Shown here: piece by piece, positions 1 through 9,964 of the stretch
How positions within the stretch are numbered: the first letter of the stretch is position 1
How the letters are laid out: each line of letters begins with the position of its first letter
From: Limisphaerales bacterium
Lineage (GTDB): Bacteria > Verrucomicrobiota > Verrucomicrobiia > Limisphaerales > SIBE01
DNA length: 45,582 nt
Assembly: GCA_044225505.1 (NCBI GenBank)
Contig: JBGAIN010000051.1
Location: forward strand, 1 to 45,582
Direction of reading: 5' to 3'
Translations under genes and position numbers: made by a program
The notes under the pieces: model-generated
Database searches by the model: none
What the model was told of the DNA's origin: nothing
Seen by the model: the letters and a program-made list of their open reading frames with translations, nothing else

Positions 1-723
1 CAGATTCGGCAACGCTTAGCGCAGATTGGGCGGACTCCTGAATCACTCCACGCTGTCCTGGTCACTCACGAACACACAGATCATATCCAGGGACTTACGG
101 CGCTCGGAACGCGTCTGCAAATCCCCGTCTACTGCAATCGATTTACCCACGAAGCGATCGAGCAACGCCTGCAAACCAAGGTCCCCTGTCGTCTCTTTCA
201 GACGGGCGCTCAGTTTCAGATTGGAGATCTCAATGTTGAGACGTTCCCGGTTCCGCACGACGCGCAAGATCCGGTTGGATTCGTGATCCGCACCGCAACG
301 GCGACGATCGGCTTTTTAACGGACCTGGGACATGCGACCAAACTCGTGATCGAACGCGTGCGCGCAGCCAATGTGCTCGTCTTGGAGACCAACCACGATG
401 TCAAACTCCTTCAAGACGACCGGCATCGTCCTTGGAGTGTGAAACAGCGGATCTTAGGAAGGCACGGCCATCTCTGCAATGAGGCCGCCGCGGAAGTCGC
501 CGAACAAATCGTGTCCGCGCAACTGCGCCACCTTTACTTGGGCCACCTAAGCCGCGATTGTAATCGCCCGGAACTGGCGTTTCGGACCGTCTCCGAAAGG
601 TTGCAACGAATCGGAGCGACCCACGTTCAAGTGGAGTCAACCTCGCAAGACACTGCGTGCCCGACGTTGAGTATCGACACGCATCGCATCGAGACGTCGA
701 CGGCAACGGCGACGGTCGTTTAG
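1..723 (+). CDS. MBL-fold metallo-hydrolase, YycJ/WalJ-like (5' partial)
   Basis: Frame +1 is open from base 1: QIRQRLAQIGRTPESLHAVLVTHEHTDHIQGL (HxHxDH metal motif), then VPHDA, TDLG, LETNHD, GHLCN and LGHLSRDCN motifs typical of YycJ-like proteins. The ORF track only shows 283-723. Confidence 0.88.
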   Translation, partial: QIRQRLAQIGRTPESLHAVLVTHEHTDHIQGLTALGTRLQIPVYCNRFTHEAIEQRLQTKVPCRLFQTGAQFQIGDLNVETFPVPHDAQDPVGFVIRTATATIGFLTDLGHATKLVIERVRAANVLVLETNHDVKLLQDDRHRPWSVKQRILGRHGHLCNEAAAEVAEQIVSAQLRHLYLGHLSRDCNRPELAFRTVSERLQRIGATHVQVESTSQDTACPTLSIDTHRIETSTATATVV

Positions 724-731
724 TCGCCCGC

Positions 732-3700
732 TCAGCTCAACAAATCCTGGATCTCATCCCAAGTCAGGGTCGCGGCGAGTGTGGCTTCATCGTTTAGCAC
801 CGTCTGCAGCAGTTCGCGTTTCCGTGATTGGAGGTGTAAGATCTTCTCCTCAACCGTCCCACGGGTAATGAGTTTGTAGCTGGTCACGACTCGGGTCTGT
901 CCGATTCGATGGGCTCGGTCGGTAGCCTGAGCTTCCACTGCGGGGTTCCACCACGGATCAAAATGAATCACCGTGTCTGCCGCGGTGAGGTTGAGACCAA
1001 CGCCACCGGCTTTCAGACTAATAAGAAAGACCGGGATCTCCGGGCTGGTTTGGAAACGCTCGACGACCTCGCCGCGATTAACGGTAGACCCATCCAAGTA
1101 ACAGAACGGCACGGAGTCCTCGGCAAGTTTCTGCCGGATCAAATCGAGCATCTGGACAAACTGACTGAAAACCAAAATCCGGTGCCCGCCGTCCATCGCT
1201 TCTTCGAGGAGTTCACCGAACAGCTCCAGTTTCCCAGAGGCCTGCGACGGGTCAACGCCGTCCAGTTTCAGCAAGCGCAAATCACAACAGATCTGACGCA
1301 GCCGCAGCAGGGCGTTGAGAACCACCATGCGTGAACGTTGCAGATTCTCGGCTCCCGCATTCGCGAGGATTTCTCGTCGACTGAGATCCAAGATTTGCTG
1401 GTAAGCTGCTTTCTGATCTTGGGTGAGCTCACAGTAAGAGACCTGTTCAATCCGCTCTGGCAGGTCCTTGGCGACTTCGCGTTTCATGCGCCGCAAAAGG
1501 AATGGCCGCACTCGGCGAGCCAGACGCGATTGGGCTTCGCTGTTCTTCTCCCGCGTAATGGGAACCTCATAACGCTCCCGGAAGTCATTCGCCGAGCCTA
1601 AGTAACCGGGCATTAAGAAGTCGAAGATCGACCACAGGTCGAGCACGGAGTTTTCGAGAGGCGTGCCCGTAAGCACGACCCGGTGGTCCGCCTTTACGGC
1701 TTTTACAGCCTGCGCATTTTGCGTCTGACGATTCTTGATGTGCTGCGCCTCGTCGAGAATCACGGTGTCAAATTGCAGGTTCTTGTAGAATTCGGCGTCG
1801 CGCCGGATTAATGCGTAACTCGTCACGATTAGGTCGGCCTTTTCGATTCGATCAAAGAGCTGGCGTCGTTGTGGGCCATGGAGGGCCAGCACAGTCAATT
1901 CCGGGACGAATTTCTTCGCTTCGGACTCCCAGTTGAAGACCAGGCTGGTCGGGCAAACGACCAAGCTTGGGCGTCTGGAATCGGAGGCTGCATTCAGAGA
2001 CGTCCGGCTGGAAAAACGGTCCACTACCGTCCACAAGAAAGCGAGCGTCTGGAGAGTTTTGCCCAGACCCATGTCATCCGCTAGAATCCCCCCAAACTGG
2101 TTCTCGCGCAGAAACCATAACCAGGCCACCCCATGCTTCTGATAGGGCCGGAGGACCGGGTCCAGTTTGCCAAGCGGCGGGATTTCCAGCTTTGCCTCGC
2201 CAGTTTGCTTGGCTGCGCGTTCCCGCCAGGGGGCGGGCGCCTGCAAATCCCAGCCAAGTTGGCGCCGGATGCTTGTTTCGAGAAACCCAGCCTGGTTGTT
2301 TCGGAGCCTGTAGCCCTGCGCGTGTTGCTGCGGAGCACAGTCCAGCAAGACTTCTTGAAGTTCCTCGACAGCGCCCGTGTCGACGAGCGCGATACGCCCG
2401 TTCTTCAAGCGGGTATGACTTTGCCCGGAGAGAACGAGTCGTTGAATTTCAGCTGCGGAAAACCGCTCCCCAGCTTTCGATGCGAACGCGACATCCAAAT
2501 CGAACCACTGTTCGCCCGACGGCGATACTTGCAGCTTGGGTTCAATCCATTCGAGGTTTTGGACGGTACTCCGTTCCAACCGTTCTTCGAGGGTTACTTC
2601 CCATTGCTTGCAGAGCCGCGGATAAACTCGCGCAAAAAAGTTTAAAACCGGGCCTTGTCCCTGCAACTGATAGGACCCCTGGGTGTCTGGTCCTGTAAAA
2701 CCGGCCCGGATTAGTTCCCCAGCCGCGGCATGTTCTGCTACCAGGTCGCGAGTGGAATAGCGCGTTGGCGTCTCTGGATCTGGCAGCCAAAGCAATTCGT
2801 CGCGCGCCGTGACTCCAATGGTCATAATGCGTGCGCCGTAGGCACACTGCAGTTGCGCCTGGAGTTGAGCCAAGCCTCCTCGCAAAGAGAGGAGAAAGCG
2901 CGGCGGGTTCGGCTCAAAAGCGAAATCTTCCAGTTTAAAATTGCTCTCCACATCCGCGCCGCTCTGCAACGTGGGCCAGTCGCGGCTCAGAAAAACCGGG
3001 ACGTGCGTTCGATCCAGCCGGACTGGACCGCGGAACACCTCGGCCATAGACAGCGGCAGCACAATCGGATGAAAGGCGTCTTTCATAAACACCCATGGCG
3101 TCTTTCCCTGGATCAGGATCGGTGCCGGTGCGACTGGATTCCGGAGTTGAACGGTAATACTCCCGGACGAGTCGAGATGAGCTCGAACTGGCACCCGCCA
3201 GGGCGTTCCGGCAACCTCGACCGTCGGGTTCCTCCCCAGGCTGACTCGCGGATGTCCGACCAGGGCATGGAGCAAAACGGTCAGTTCAGAGCTCGACAGC
3301 ATCAGCATGCCAGGCGTGTCGCCATCGGCAAATTCCTCCAGTCGATCCAGGACTTTCGCATCCGATGGCGGGAACCGAAATCCAATGGTCGAGGGAAGTG
3401 CATCTAAGGGATTGCGGCCGCGACTCCACTTTACCTCAGCACAGACCATCACTTTGCCCCGGCCGATTGCGGATGCAAAGTTCGGCGGGATAATGATAAA
3501 AAGCTCGATCGGCTCTCCTGGGCCATCCGGGTCGGCGCGACGAACGCGTTTGCCGCATTTTCGAAGTTCGAGAGGTTGCGACGGGAGAGGATTGGCTGGC
3601 AATGCGGGTGTCGAGGCCTGGGCGCGAGTGCCTTGGGGCGGCGGGGTGTCCCGACGCAAGTGGTGCAAGCCTACGGCGACGGAGTGGGCGCAGATAGTGC

Positions 3701-3932
3701 CCCAGTCCTGCGAAGGGCGGCATCGGCAGATGTTTTCCAGGTTGATCGTGTCCTTAATGACCAAGCCGGCGCGGTAAGAGACAGAGCCTTCTTGAACGAC
3801 CCCCTTCAGCATGGGAGGCGACCAATTTGAGCTCAGCACCGAGCCCTGGTCTATATAGCCTCGGGCCTTTTTCATTACCTCCCAGCCCGCGATCTTGGCC
3901 AGGAAAGCTTCGCTCAGGTCGACTTCGCTCAT
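732..3932 (-). CDS. SNF2-family helicase/ATPase with N-terminal SWIM zinc finger
   Basis: SWIM CRC-x9-CAH; helicase motifs LADDMGLGKT, DEAQHIKN, LTGTPLEN, SLKAGGVGLNLT, QATDRAHRIGQ. Start placed at ATG 3932 (MSEVDL) to avoid overlap with the upstream gene. Confidence 0.93.
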   Translation of the reverse strand: MSEVDLSEAFLAKIAGWEVMKKARGYIDQGSVLSSNWSPPMLKGVVQEGSVSYRAGLVIKDTINLENICRCRPSQDWGTICAHSVAVGLHHLRRDTPPPQGTRAQASTPALPANPLPSQPLELRKCGKRVRRADPDGPGEPIELFIIIPPNFASAIGRGKVMVCAEVKWSRGRNPLDALPSTIGFRFPPSDAKVLDRLEEFADGDTPGMLMLSSSELTVLLHALVGHPRVSLGRNPTVEVAGTPWRVPVRAHLDSSGSITVQLRNPVAPAPILIQGKTPWVFMKDAFHPIVLPLSMAEVFRGPVRLDRTHVPVFLSRDWPTLQSGADVESNFKLEDFAFEPNPPRFLLSLRGGLAQLQAQLQCAYGARIMTIGVTARDELLWLPDPETPTRYSTRDLVAEHAAAGELIRAGFTGPDTQGSYQLQGQGPVLNFFARVYPRLCKQWEVTLEERLERSTVQNLEWIEPKLQVSPSGEQWFDLDVAFASKAGERFSAAEIQRLVLSGQSHTRLKNGRIALVDTGAVEELQEVLLDCAPQQHAQGYRLRNNQAGFLETSIRRQLGWDLQAPAPWRERAAKQTGEAKLEIPPLGKLDPVLRPYQKHGVAWLWFLRENQFGGILADDMGLGKTLQTLAFLWTVVDRFSSRTSLNAASDSRRPSLVVCPTSLVFNWESEAKKFVPELTVLALHGPQRRQLFDRIEKADLIVTSYALIRRDAEFYKNLQFDTVILDEAQHIKNRQTQNAQAVKAVKADHRVVLTGTPLENSVLDLWSIFDFLMPGYLGSANDFRERYEVPITREKNSEAQSRLARRVRPFLLRRMKREVAKDLPERIEQVSYCELTQDQKAAYQQILDLSRREILANAGAENLQRSRMVVLNALLRLRQICCDLRLLKLDGVDPSQASGKLELFGELLEEAMDGGHRILVFSQFVQMLDLIRQKLAEDSVPFCYLDGSTVNRGEVVERFQTSPEIPVFLISLKAGGVGLNLTAADTVIHFDPWWNPAVEAQATDRAHRIGQTRVVTSYKLITRGTVEEKILHLQSRKRELLQTVLNDEATLAATLTWDEIQDLLS

Positions 3933-4009
3933 GGGCCGAGAATATAGCTTCCTTTTGGGGAAGCTAGAACCCGCTTTTTGCCCTGGAACGAAAAAGTGCT
4001 GGGAGGATT

Positions 4010-5134
4010 CTAGAATGCTTGAAGCAGCTCGAGCATTGCCCGATCCAGGCGGTGTCCCTGCCAATCCTCATACGCGACATCAGATCGGTTGCTGTCCAGG
4101 ACTCCAAAAGACCCGCGATAGTTCCAAAGCGCCCAACCCCAGTCCAATTCCTTCCAAAGAGATAAACAGTCGCGCATCCAGGCAAGCACCACTTTGTGCG
4201 GGGTGTACTGATGAGCGCCCCATTCTCCCACGTGGACCCCCACACCTTGTTGGGCCAGTGCCTTCCAGGGGGCTATCTGTTCCTGCGCAAGGCGTTCCTT
4301 GTCCCAAACGTCGCCTGCTTTGAGGGATAATGGCCAGGTGGGTTCCGGCCACTTGTCCGACCCTTGAACCCAACTGGCTTTATAGTGAGTAATTCGAAAC
4401 GGCTGATACCCACGAGTACTCTGCCCGATCCCAAGATCCGAAAGGCTCGTCACCGGCTTGGTGCCCCACTTTAGACCGTCGGCAATGATCAGCCGTTGCG
4501 GATCCTCCGCGCGAATTGCCGCGGTAAGGCGGCGCACGACGCGAGCATATTGTTCTTCGGGCAGATCCGCAGGCTCATTCAATAGATCGAAGCTTACCCG
4601 TGAGTTTGGGATACCGCGGTAGCGCTTACCAAACTGCGCCCAGTGATACGCGCAGGCATCCAGGGCTTTCTCGTCGGTCCAAAGGTCCAGAGCCTCCTTT
4701 GGCGGATTGACACAGTAGCCCGGGGCACGATGGAAGTTGAGATTAACGTGGATCCCATACTTCCGCCCCCATTCAATGGCCTCGTCAATATGCTGGAGTT
4801 CTTCCTCTCGCAGCGTGAGCCAATTCTGGGGGGCGGTCCAGCAAAGGTAGGACATGGGCAAACGCACAAAATTGAAGCCAAAGTCCGCGATGGACGCAAA
4901 ATCCTGCTCGACAAAACGCGGATTTCCTTTGGATCGTTTTGTGAACTTTTCCAGTAAGTTAAACCCGCGCCAGCGAGGCAAGTGAGCGGCGGTGACCTCC
5001 GGCAAGGGACGTGTCGGAGTCGACGGAGCGGGCGCGCTGTTTAGAACCGCGCATTCGCATGCTGCCGCGAGAGCCGCAGCGCTCCGGATAAACTGCCGCC
5101 GAGTTAGAGGAGAGGCATAATTTGAATTATTCAT
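4010..5134 (-). CDS. Glycoside hydrolase family 5 (cellulase-like), Tat-exported
   Basis: WRGFNL, FNFVRLP, NLNFHRAPG, LLNEP (acid/base Glu), VGEWG (nucleophile Glu), GWALWN; twin-arginine signal TRRQFIRSAAALAAA. Start set at ATG 5134. Confidence 0.88.
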   Translation of the reverse strand: MNNSNYASPLTRRQFIRSAAALAAACECAVLNSAPAPSTPTRPLPEVTAAHLPRWRGFNLLEKFTKRSKGNPRFVEQDFASIADFGFNFVRLPMSYLCWTAPQNWLTLREEELQHIDEAIEWGRKYGIHVNLNFHRAPGYCVNPPKEALDLWTDEKALDACAYHWAQFGKRYRGIPNSRVSFDLLNEPADLPEEQYARVVRRLTAAIRAEDPQRLIIADGLKWGTKPVTSLSDLGIGQSTRGYQPFRITHYKASWVQGSDKWPEPTWPLSLKAGDVWDKERLAQEQIAPWKALAQQGVGVHVGEWGAHQYTPHKVVLAWMRDCLSLWKELDWGWALWNYRGSFGVLDSNRSDVAYEDWQGHRLDRAMLELLQAF

Positions 5135-5168
5135 TCGTGCAAAGGACCAGTCAGGATTACCATTCTTT

Positions 5169-7451
5169 CTACGGGGCAGCGAGGGCAAGGTCAGCTTCTT
5201 TCTCCACGACCCGCATGCGCCCGTCCCACCGAACGTGCGGTTCGCCAAATCCATGATAGATACGCACCTGCTGCGCGACGCGGAATGGCTTATGATCTGT
5301 CGTTCTCAACGTGAAGAGAGTTGATGTGCGGTAATGCACACCGGCAAACTCGAGCGCGTGGAACGCGACGAAACCCGGACCGTCGATCAGAAACCCGTTC
5401 GGTGACAGCACGACTGGGCCGAGGCGCGGGCTTTCACCGTAAGGAAATGCGGCTGAAGTAGCGTTGACGATGACCACCGTCGCCCCGGAGCCCGAACCGA
5501 ACACCGTCTTCTGAACCTTGCCATCGCTGGTCAAAAACTTGTGCTCGGTCACCAGCATCTCGGCCGTGCTTTCGTAGAGGGGTGAGAGAATCTCGGCGGT
5601 GTTCTTAACGAATCGGTCAAGAGGATGCATCCCCTCCGTCCAGCCCCCTTGGCCGCGGGTGAACACGGCAGGAAGGGAATTGTTTTCCGCCGGAGCTTTT
5701 TGTTTCCAATACAAGTGTGGCGGAATGTCATGATAGTTGAGCGGTCGTCCGAGGCTGATATGCTGCAGGACGTATTCGGCGGCTTCCGCTGGGTCGTAGC
5801 CATACTTGCCGTAGGCGGCGATACAGTCCCGATACACCATTTCGAACAACGGCACAACGCGGCCGCCCAGTTTGTTTAGTAGCCCGGCGTCATGGTATGC
5901 CTTCCCGCTCACCCCGGTAAGGCCTTCGAAAAAGTCACTATGGGGGATGGCCCATTCGCGGCCACATTCACTGCCAAATACACCAAAGACATCGCGGGCA
6001 TAATCGGACAGAGCTTGCTTCCATTTCATATCGTCCGCTCGCGAGAGTGGGTGGTTTAGGTCGAAACATTCTTGAAGTCCGGCGGCGTAGGTCGTGTCGA
6101 TGAAATAACTGTTGGGATTGATCAATCGTTTGATGTCCGGGAGATTCTGTGCTCGTTTCGCCAGTTCCAAGGCCTGTTGCGAGCAGGTGAGGTAAGCCAT
6201 GCCTCCGGCCCAGTGGCCACCTCGGCTCAGGCTTCCGTCCGGCTTCTTCATGATCAGACTCTCGTCCCACGACGGGGAGTCTCGATAGATATCCTGGTAA
6301 TTGTCGTGCAGGCAAAACAGGTATCCCAGCGCCTGGACGCGACGGGCGCAGTCAGCAAGCCCCGGGTTTCCTCCGCATTCGGGAGCGGCGGGAAGCACGT
6401 CCGGGTGCTGATTATCGTAGCCGCGACGAATCCAGCCACCCACAGTGAAAAGGACCCGATCGAGTCGGAGGTCCTTTTTCAGATGCTCTGCGACCTCCGC
6501 CGCCTCGGCGAACGTCCAATTCAGGCGGGTTCTTACCTCGCGGGTACTCTCTTCGTTCATTTCCCGATCGAGCACACTCCAGAGCTTGAAGTTAATCGCA
6601 CCGAAAAGTTGCGCGCGTTCCGGATGGCTCTGTCGTTTAGTTTGCCAGGGCGTCAACCAACCTTGATCAGCCGCAACGGGCCGGTAGGCTTTGCCGATGC
6701 TCACCGCGTCACCCCGACCAAGAAATTGAATCCGGCAGCTGCGTGCCGACTTGCTTAGCACGAGAGACGGCGCCAGAATCTGACGGCCCGGGACCCAGAC
6801 GGCGTTCGTGAGCACGCTCTGCAGGTCCACCGCGGTGTACGGATCGGACCAGGTGACCAACACCGCGCTCCCTCGTTTTAGCAATCCCAGCATTTGCATG
6901 TGGCAACCTTCATACGCAAAGGTGTCAAACCGATGCGTGAACGCTTTGCCAGTGTCGGCTGGGATTTGTAATCCTTCCCGAACCGGCACGATCACAGACC
7001 CTTCCTCTCCGTCGCTTGTCCACAACGCCTGATCAAGGAGACGGAGGCTTTCGACGGGCCGTTCCTCGGGCGTGGTGTAACAAAACTCAAGCGCGTTTCG
7101 TTCCAAGCTAAGTTGGACTGAGACTCTGACGATGGACTCGGGCTGGTCCGGTCTAGGTCGGAACAGAAGGTCCAGCCGCGTTGGGGAAGGGATTACGGAG
7201 CACGGGCCTAGCTCTAGTCGCCGTCGGTTGTCTCCTTGACGATAGGTTGCTTCCCCGAATCTTGCCTCGAAGGGGTTTGACTGCCAAATCACACCGCTGC
7301 TTTTGTCATGAATCTGATAACTCCCGGTGTCCGGCTCGATGCGGAAGAGAATGGACGGCGATTCCAACGTGACTGGGGCGGCGCTCCATGATGGGCGGAC
7401 AAGCGTCAATGCACCTAATACCGAACCCAGCACGATTATGCGATGCCACAT
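5169..7451 (-). CDS. Secreted DUF5696 / GH101-GH129-like glycoside hydrolase
   Basis: Signal peptide MWHRIIVLGSVLGALTLVRPSWSA from ATG 7451; GWIRRGYDNQHPD, LHDNYQDIY, YFIDTT, GSECG and VPLFEMVY motifs resemble this family. Confidence 0.65.
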   Translation of the reverse strand: MWHRIIVLGSVLGALTLVRPSWSAAPVTLESPSILFRIEPDTGSYQIHDKSSGVIWQSNPFEARFGEATYRQGDNRRRLELGPCSVIPSPTRLDLLFRPRPDQPESIVRVSVQLSLERNALEFCYTTPEERPVESLRLLDQALWTSDGEEGSVIVPVREGLQIPADTGKAFTHRFDTFAYEGCHMQMLGLLKRGSAVLVTWSDPYTAVDLQSVLTNAVWVPGRQILAPSLVLSKSARSCRIQFLGRGDAVSIGKAYRPVAADQGWLTPWQTKRQSHPERAQLFGAINFKLWSVLDREMNEESTREVRTRLNWTFAEAAEVAEHLKKDLRLDRVLFTVGGWIRRGYDNQHPDVLPAAPECGGNPGLADCARRVQALGYLFCLHDNYQDIYRDSPSWDESLIMKKPDGSLSRGGHWAGGMAYLTCSQQALELAKRAQNLPDIKRLINPNSYFIDTTYAAGLQECFDLNHPLSRADDMKWKQALSDYARDVFGVFGSECGREWAIPHSDFFEGLTGVSGKAYHDAGLLNKLGGRVVPLFEMVYRDCIAAYGKYGYDPAEAAEYVLQHISLGRPLNYHDIPPHLYWKQKAPAENNSLPAVFTRGQGGWTEGMHPLDRFVKNTAEILSPLYESTAEMLVTEHKFLTSDGKVQKTVFGSGSGATVVIVNATSAAFPYGESPRLGPVVLSPNGFLIDGPGFVAFHALEFAGVHYRTSTLFTLRTTDHKPFRVAQQVRIYHGFGEPHVRWDGRMRVVEKEADLALAAP

Positions 7452-7701
7452 AGCAGTTTCCTCTATTGCGTCCGACGTTCTCGGCGACGCGCCGAGGTCT
7501 GATCCCCGCCGGAGCGAGCGATGGCGTGACCGTGGCGTGCGCGAAAGCGATAGTCTGCGGGTTTGCATGGGGGGTGACGTTGACCGATGTCAAGAAGCGT
7601 CGATGGAGGTCTGAGGCACTGTGAATTTGAATAGCATTTCTGCTCTGGTGGTCTATTCTAGAGCCTCAGACCCCTGATCCAACAGCGTTACTATCCTTAT
7701 C

Positions 7702-8988
7702 ATGAGCATGCCAAAGAAGTTCACCCGTCGCGAGTTTCTCCAGACTAGCACCCTGGTCGGTCTCGCCGCGCCGTTTCTCCTACCCTCAAGCGTCTGGTCG
7801 GCCGATACCAAACCGAACGATCGAATCACGATGGGATTCGTCGGAGTCGGAACCCAAGGGCGGTATTTGCTGGGTGGGTTTTTGGGAGACAAACAAACAC
7901 AAGTCCTGGCGGTGTCGGACGTCGATACGACTCGCCGAGAAGCGAGTCGCAAGACGGTGGACGAGCACTATAGCAAGGCCAGCGGATCCGAGTATAAAGG
8001 CTGCACGGAGTATAAAGATTTCCGCGAGTTGATTGCTCGAAAGGACATCGATGCCGTGTGTATCGCGACGCCAGATCATTGGCACGCCTACGTCGCGGTC
8101 GCTGCGGCCAAGGCGGGCAAGGACATTTATTGCGAAAAACCACTTTCTCTGACGATTCGTGAGGCTCGTGCCATGGTGCGGGCGGCTCGAGAGAACCAAC
8201 GTGTGTTCCAGACAGGCAGCATGCAACGGTCTTCGTCTGAATTCCACAAAGCTTGTGAATTGGTTCGGAATGGCCGGATCGGGAAAGTTAAGCAAGTCCT
8301 GGTAGACGTGGGGCCTCCGTCCGTCTGGTGCGACCTTCCAGAAGAGGCGATGGAGCCGGGCTTGGACTGGGATATGTGGTTGGGTCCTTCGCCCACGCGA
8401 CCGTACAACTCGGTGCTCAGCCCGCGAGGCGTGCACAAACACTTTCCGAATTGGCGTAATTACCGAGAGTATTCCGGTGGCATGATGACAGACTGGGGGG
8501 CGCATCACTTTGATATTGCCCAGTGGGGCTTGGGCATGGATGAAAGTGGCCCTGTCGAGGTCATTCCTCCGAGCGATCCGAAAGCGACGAAAGGCGTCCG
8601 TTATATTTACGCGAATGGCGTCGAGGTAATTCATGGCGACGGCGGCGGCGTCACATTTATCGGAACGGAAGGGAGGATTTTCGTAAACCGCGGCAAGTTC
8701 AAAGCGGAGCCGGAGTCCCTCGCGGAGGCGCCAATCCCAGCAAATGGCGTTCACCTCTATAAGAGCAGCAATCATCTCCAGGATTTTCTGACGTGTATTC
8801 GCTCGCGGCAGCGTCCAATCTGCGACGTCGAGGTAGGGTGTCGATCAGTGACAGTCTGTCATTTAGGGAACTTGGCCTATTGGAATCATCGGCGCCTCAA
8901 ATGGGATCCGGCTAAAGAACAATTCATTGACGATCCGGAGGCTAACTCTTGGCTGGATCGACCGAAACGCGGTGCCTGGACGGTCTAA
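7702..8988 (+). CDS. Gfo/Idh/MocA-family oxidoreductase, Tat-exported
   Basis: TRREFLQT signal, GFVGVGTQG Rossmann motif, IATPDHWH, YCEKP, QTGSMQRS, DWGAHHFD. Confidence 0.93.
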   Translation: MSMPKKFTRREFLQTSTLVGLAAPFLLPSSVWSADTKPNDRITMGFVGVGTQGRYLLGGFLGDKQTQVLAVSDVDTTRREASRKTVDEHYSKASGSEYKGCTEYKDFRELIARKDIDAVCIATPDHWHAYVAVAAAKAGKDIYCEKPLSLTIREARAMVRAARENQRVFQTGSMQRSSSEFHKACELVRNGRIGKVKQVLVDVGPPSVWCDLPEEAMEPGLDWDMWLGPSPTRPYNSVLSPRGVHKHFPNWRNYREYSGGMMTDWGAHHFDIAQWGLGMDESGPVEVIPPSDPKATKGVRYIYANGVEVIHGDGGGVTFIGTEGRIFVNRGKFKAEPESLAEAPIPANGVHLYKSSNHLQDFLTCIRSRQRPICDVEVGCRSVTVCHLGNLAYWNHRRLKWDPAKEQFIDDPEANSWLDRPKRGAWTV

Positions 8989-9048
8989 AGCGGCATCACG
9001 TATAGGACCGGCGGATTTTCCGTGATCTGGATTCCTGCGGTATCGGGC

Positions 9049-9083
9049 AAAGTCCAAAACGCTGTCATGGCGTTTTGGACTTT
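9049..9083. terminator. Perfect 14-bp hairpin, probable terminator after the oxidoreductase
   Basis: AAAGTCCAAAACGC-tgtcatg-GCGTTTTGGACTTT, 60 bp after the stop at 8988; U-tail is short. Confidence 0.55.
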
Positions 9084-9179
9084 CCATTAAGTGACCCCTC
9101 GCGAGGGGGCGAGCTCCGCTCGAGTTGGGGTTCGACGGTGGCTCTTTCTGGTCCGCCGATATCCTCAGGAGGGTTTCAA

Positions 9180-9208
9180 TTGACAGAAAGTTAGTGATCA
9201 CTCACTTT
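9180..9208 (+). promoter_or_regulatory. TTGACA -35 element followed by a TetR-type operator palindrome
   Basis: TTGACA at 9180-9185; AAAGTTAGTGATCACTCACTTT (9187-9208) is a 22-bp inverted repeat with one mismatched pair, directly upstream of the tetR gene. Confidence 0.7.
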
Positions 9209-9214
9209 AAGGGA

Positions 9215-9907
9215 GTGACGCGGGAGCGAATGACAGCAGAAGATCGGCGCTTGGCCATCGTGTTGGCTGCGTTGCCGCTCTTCGCCCGGCAAGGTTTTGC
9301 GGCGACAACCACGAAGGATCTCGCGAAGGCGGCAGGTGTTTCTGAGCCTCTTCTTTACCGTCATTTTCCCAGTAAGGAAGCGCTTTACCAGGAGATTCAA
9401 GATTTCACCTGCCGAGCGACTGATCCGGTCGTGCAGCGATTGACAGAGCTCGAACCGTCGACGTCAAATTTGGTCCATCTGATTTACTATGTCATGCGCA
9501 TCCCGTTGCTAGGAAAGGTTCCTGGAGGAGTGGATTGGGATGTTCGTTTTCGTTTGATGCTAAACAGTTTACTGGAGGACGGAACCTTTGCTCGCATGCT
9601 CTATCGCAGTCGGTTCGAGTGCTTCTGCGCGCGCATCGAAGCCTGTCTCAAGGCGGCCATTCGGGCGGGTGACGCAGTGCCTAGCCCGATTTCTGAGGGA
9701 AATCGCGCGCGGTTTGCGCATCACTTAGCGGCTTGGATTGCGCTGGTCCATTTGCCGGAAGAAGCTGCGATTCGTTATGGGGCATCTCGGGAAGAATTGC
9801 TCGAGCAGGCCGTATGGTTTGCGCTCCGGGGGATGGGCCTTACCGACAAAGCGATTGCAACCTATTACAATCCGAAAGCTTTGAGTGTTTTGTTTGGGGA
9901 AAACTGA
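9215..9907 (+). CDS. TetR/AcrR-family transcriptional regulator
   Basis: N-terminal HTH FARQGFAATTTKDLAKAAGVSEPLLYRHFPSKEALY; start probably GTG 9215 or ATG 9230. Confidence 0.92.
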   Translation: MTRERMTAEDRRLAIVLAALPLFARQGFAATTTKDLAKAAGVSEPLLYRHFPSKEALYQEIQDFTCRATDPVVQRLTELEPSTSNLVHLIYYVMRIPLLGKVPGGVDWDVRFRLMLNSLLEDGTFARMLYRSRFECFCARIEACLKAAIRAGDAVPSPISEGNRARFAHHLAAWIALVHLPEEAAIRYGASREELLEQAVWFALRGMGLTDKAIATYYNPKALSVLFGEN

Positions 9908-9924
9908 TTGGTTTCAGAAACTTA

Positions 9925-9940
9925 GTGAGTGATCATTCAC
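9925..9940 (+). promoter_or_regulatory. Second TetR operator copy upstream of the efflux operon
   Basis: GTGAGTGATCATTCAC matches GTTAGTGATCACTCAC (9190-9205) at 14 of 16 positions and lies 25 bp before the MFP start. Confidence 0.7.
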
Positions 9941-9964
9941 CGACCGTAAGGAGCTTGCAGAGTT

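Noticed and set aside
732..3932. SNF2 helicase as part of an anti-phage defence system
   Set aside because: SWIM-SNF2 architecture is a common stand-alone type and no methylase, nuclease or other defence genes are adjacent.
7786..8775. 329-aa minus-strand ORF and similar antisense ORFs (e.g. 33757-34605, 36659-37507, 40658-41524)
   Set aside because: Fully overlap well-supported genes on the other strand and lack motifs.
9095..9108. Perfect 14-bp palindrome CCCCTCGCGAGGGG
   Set aside because: Single GC-rich copy with no U-tract or second instance; function not supportable.
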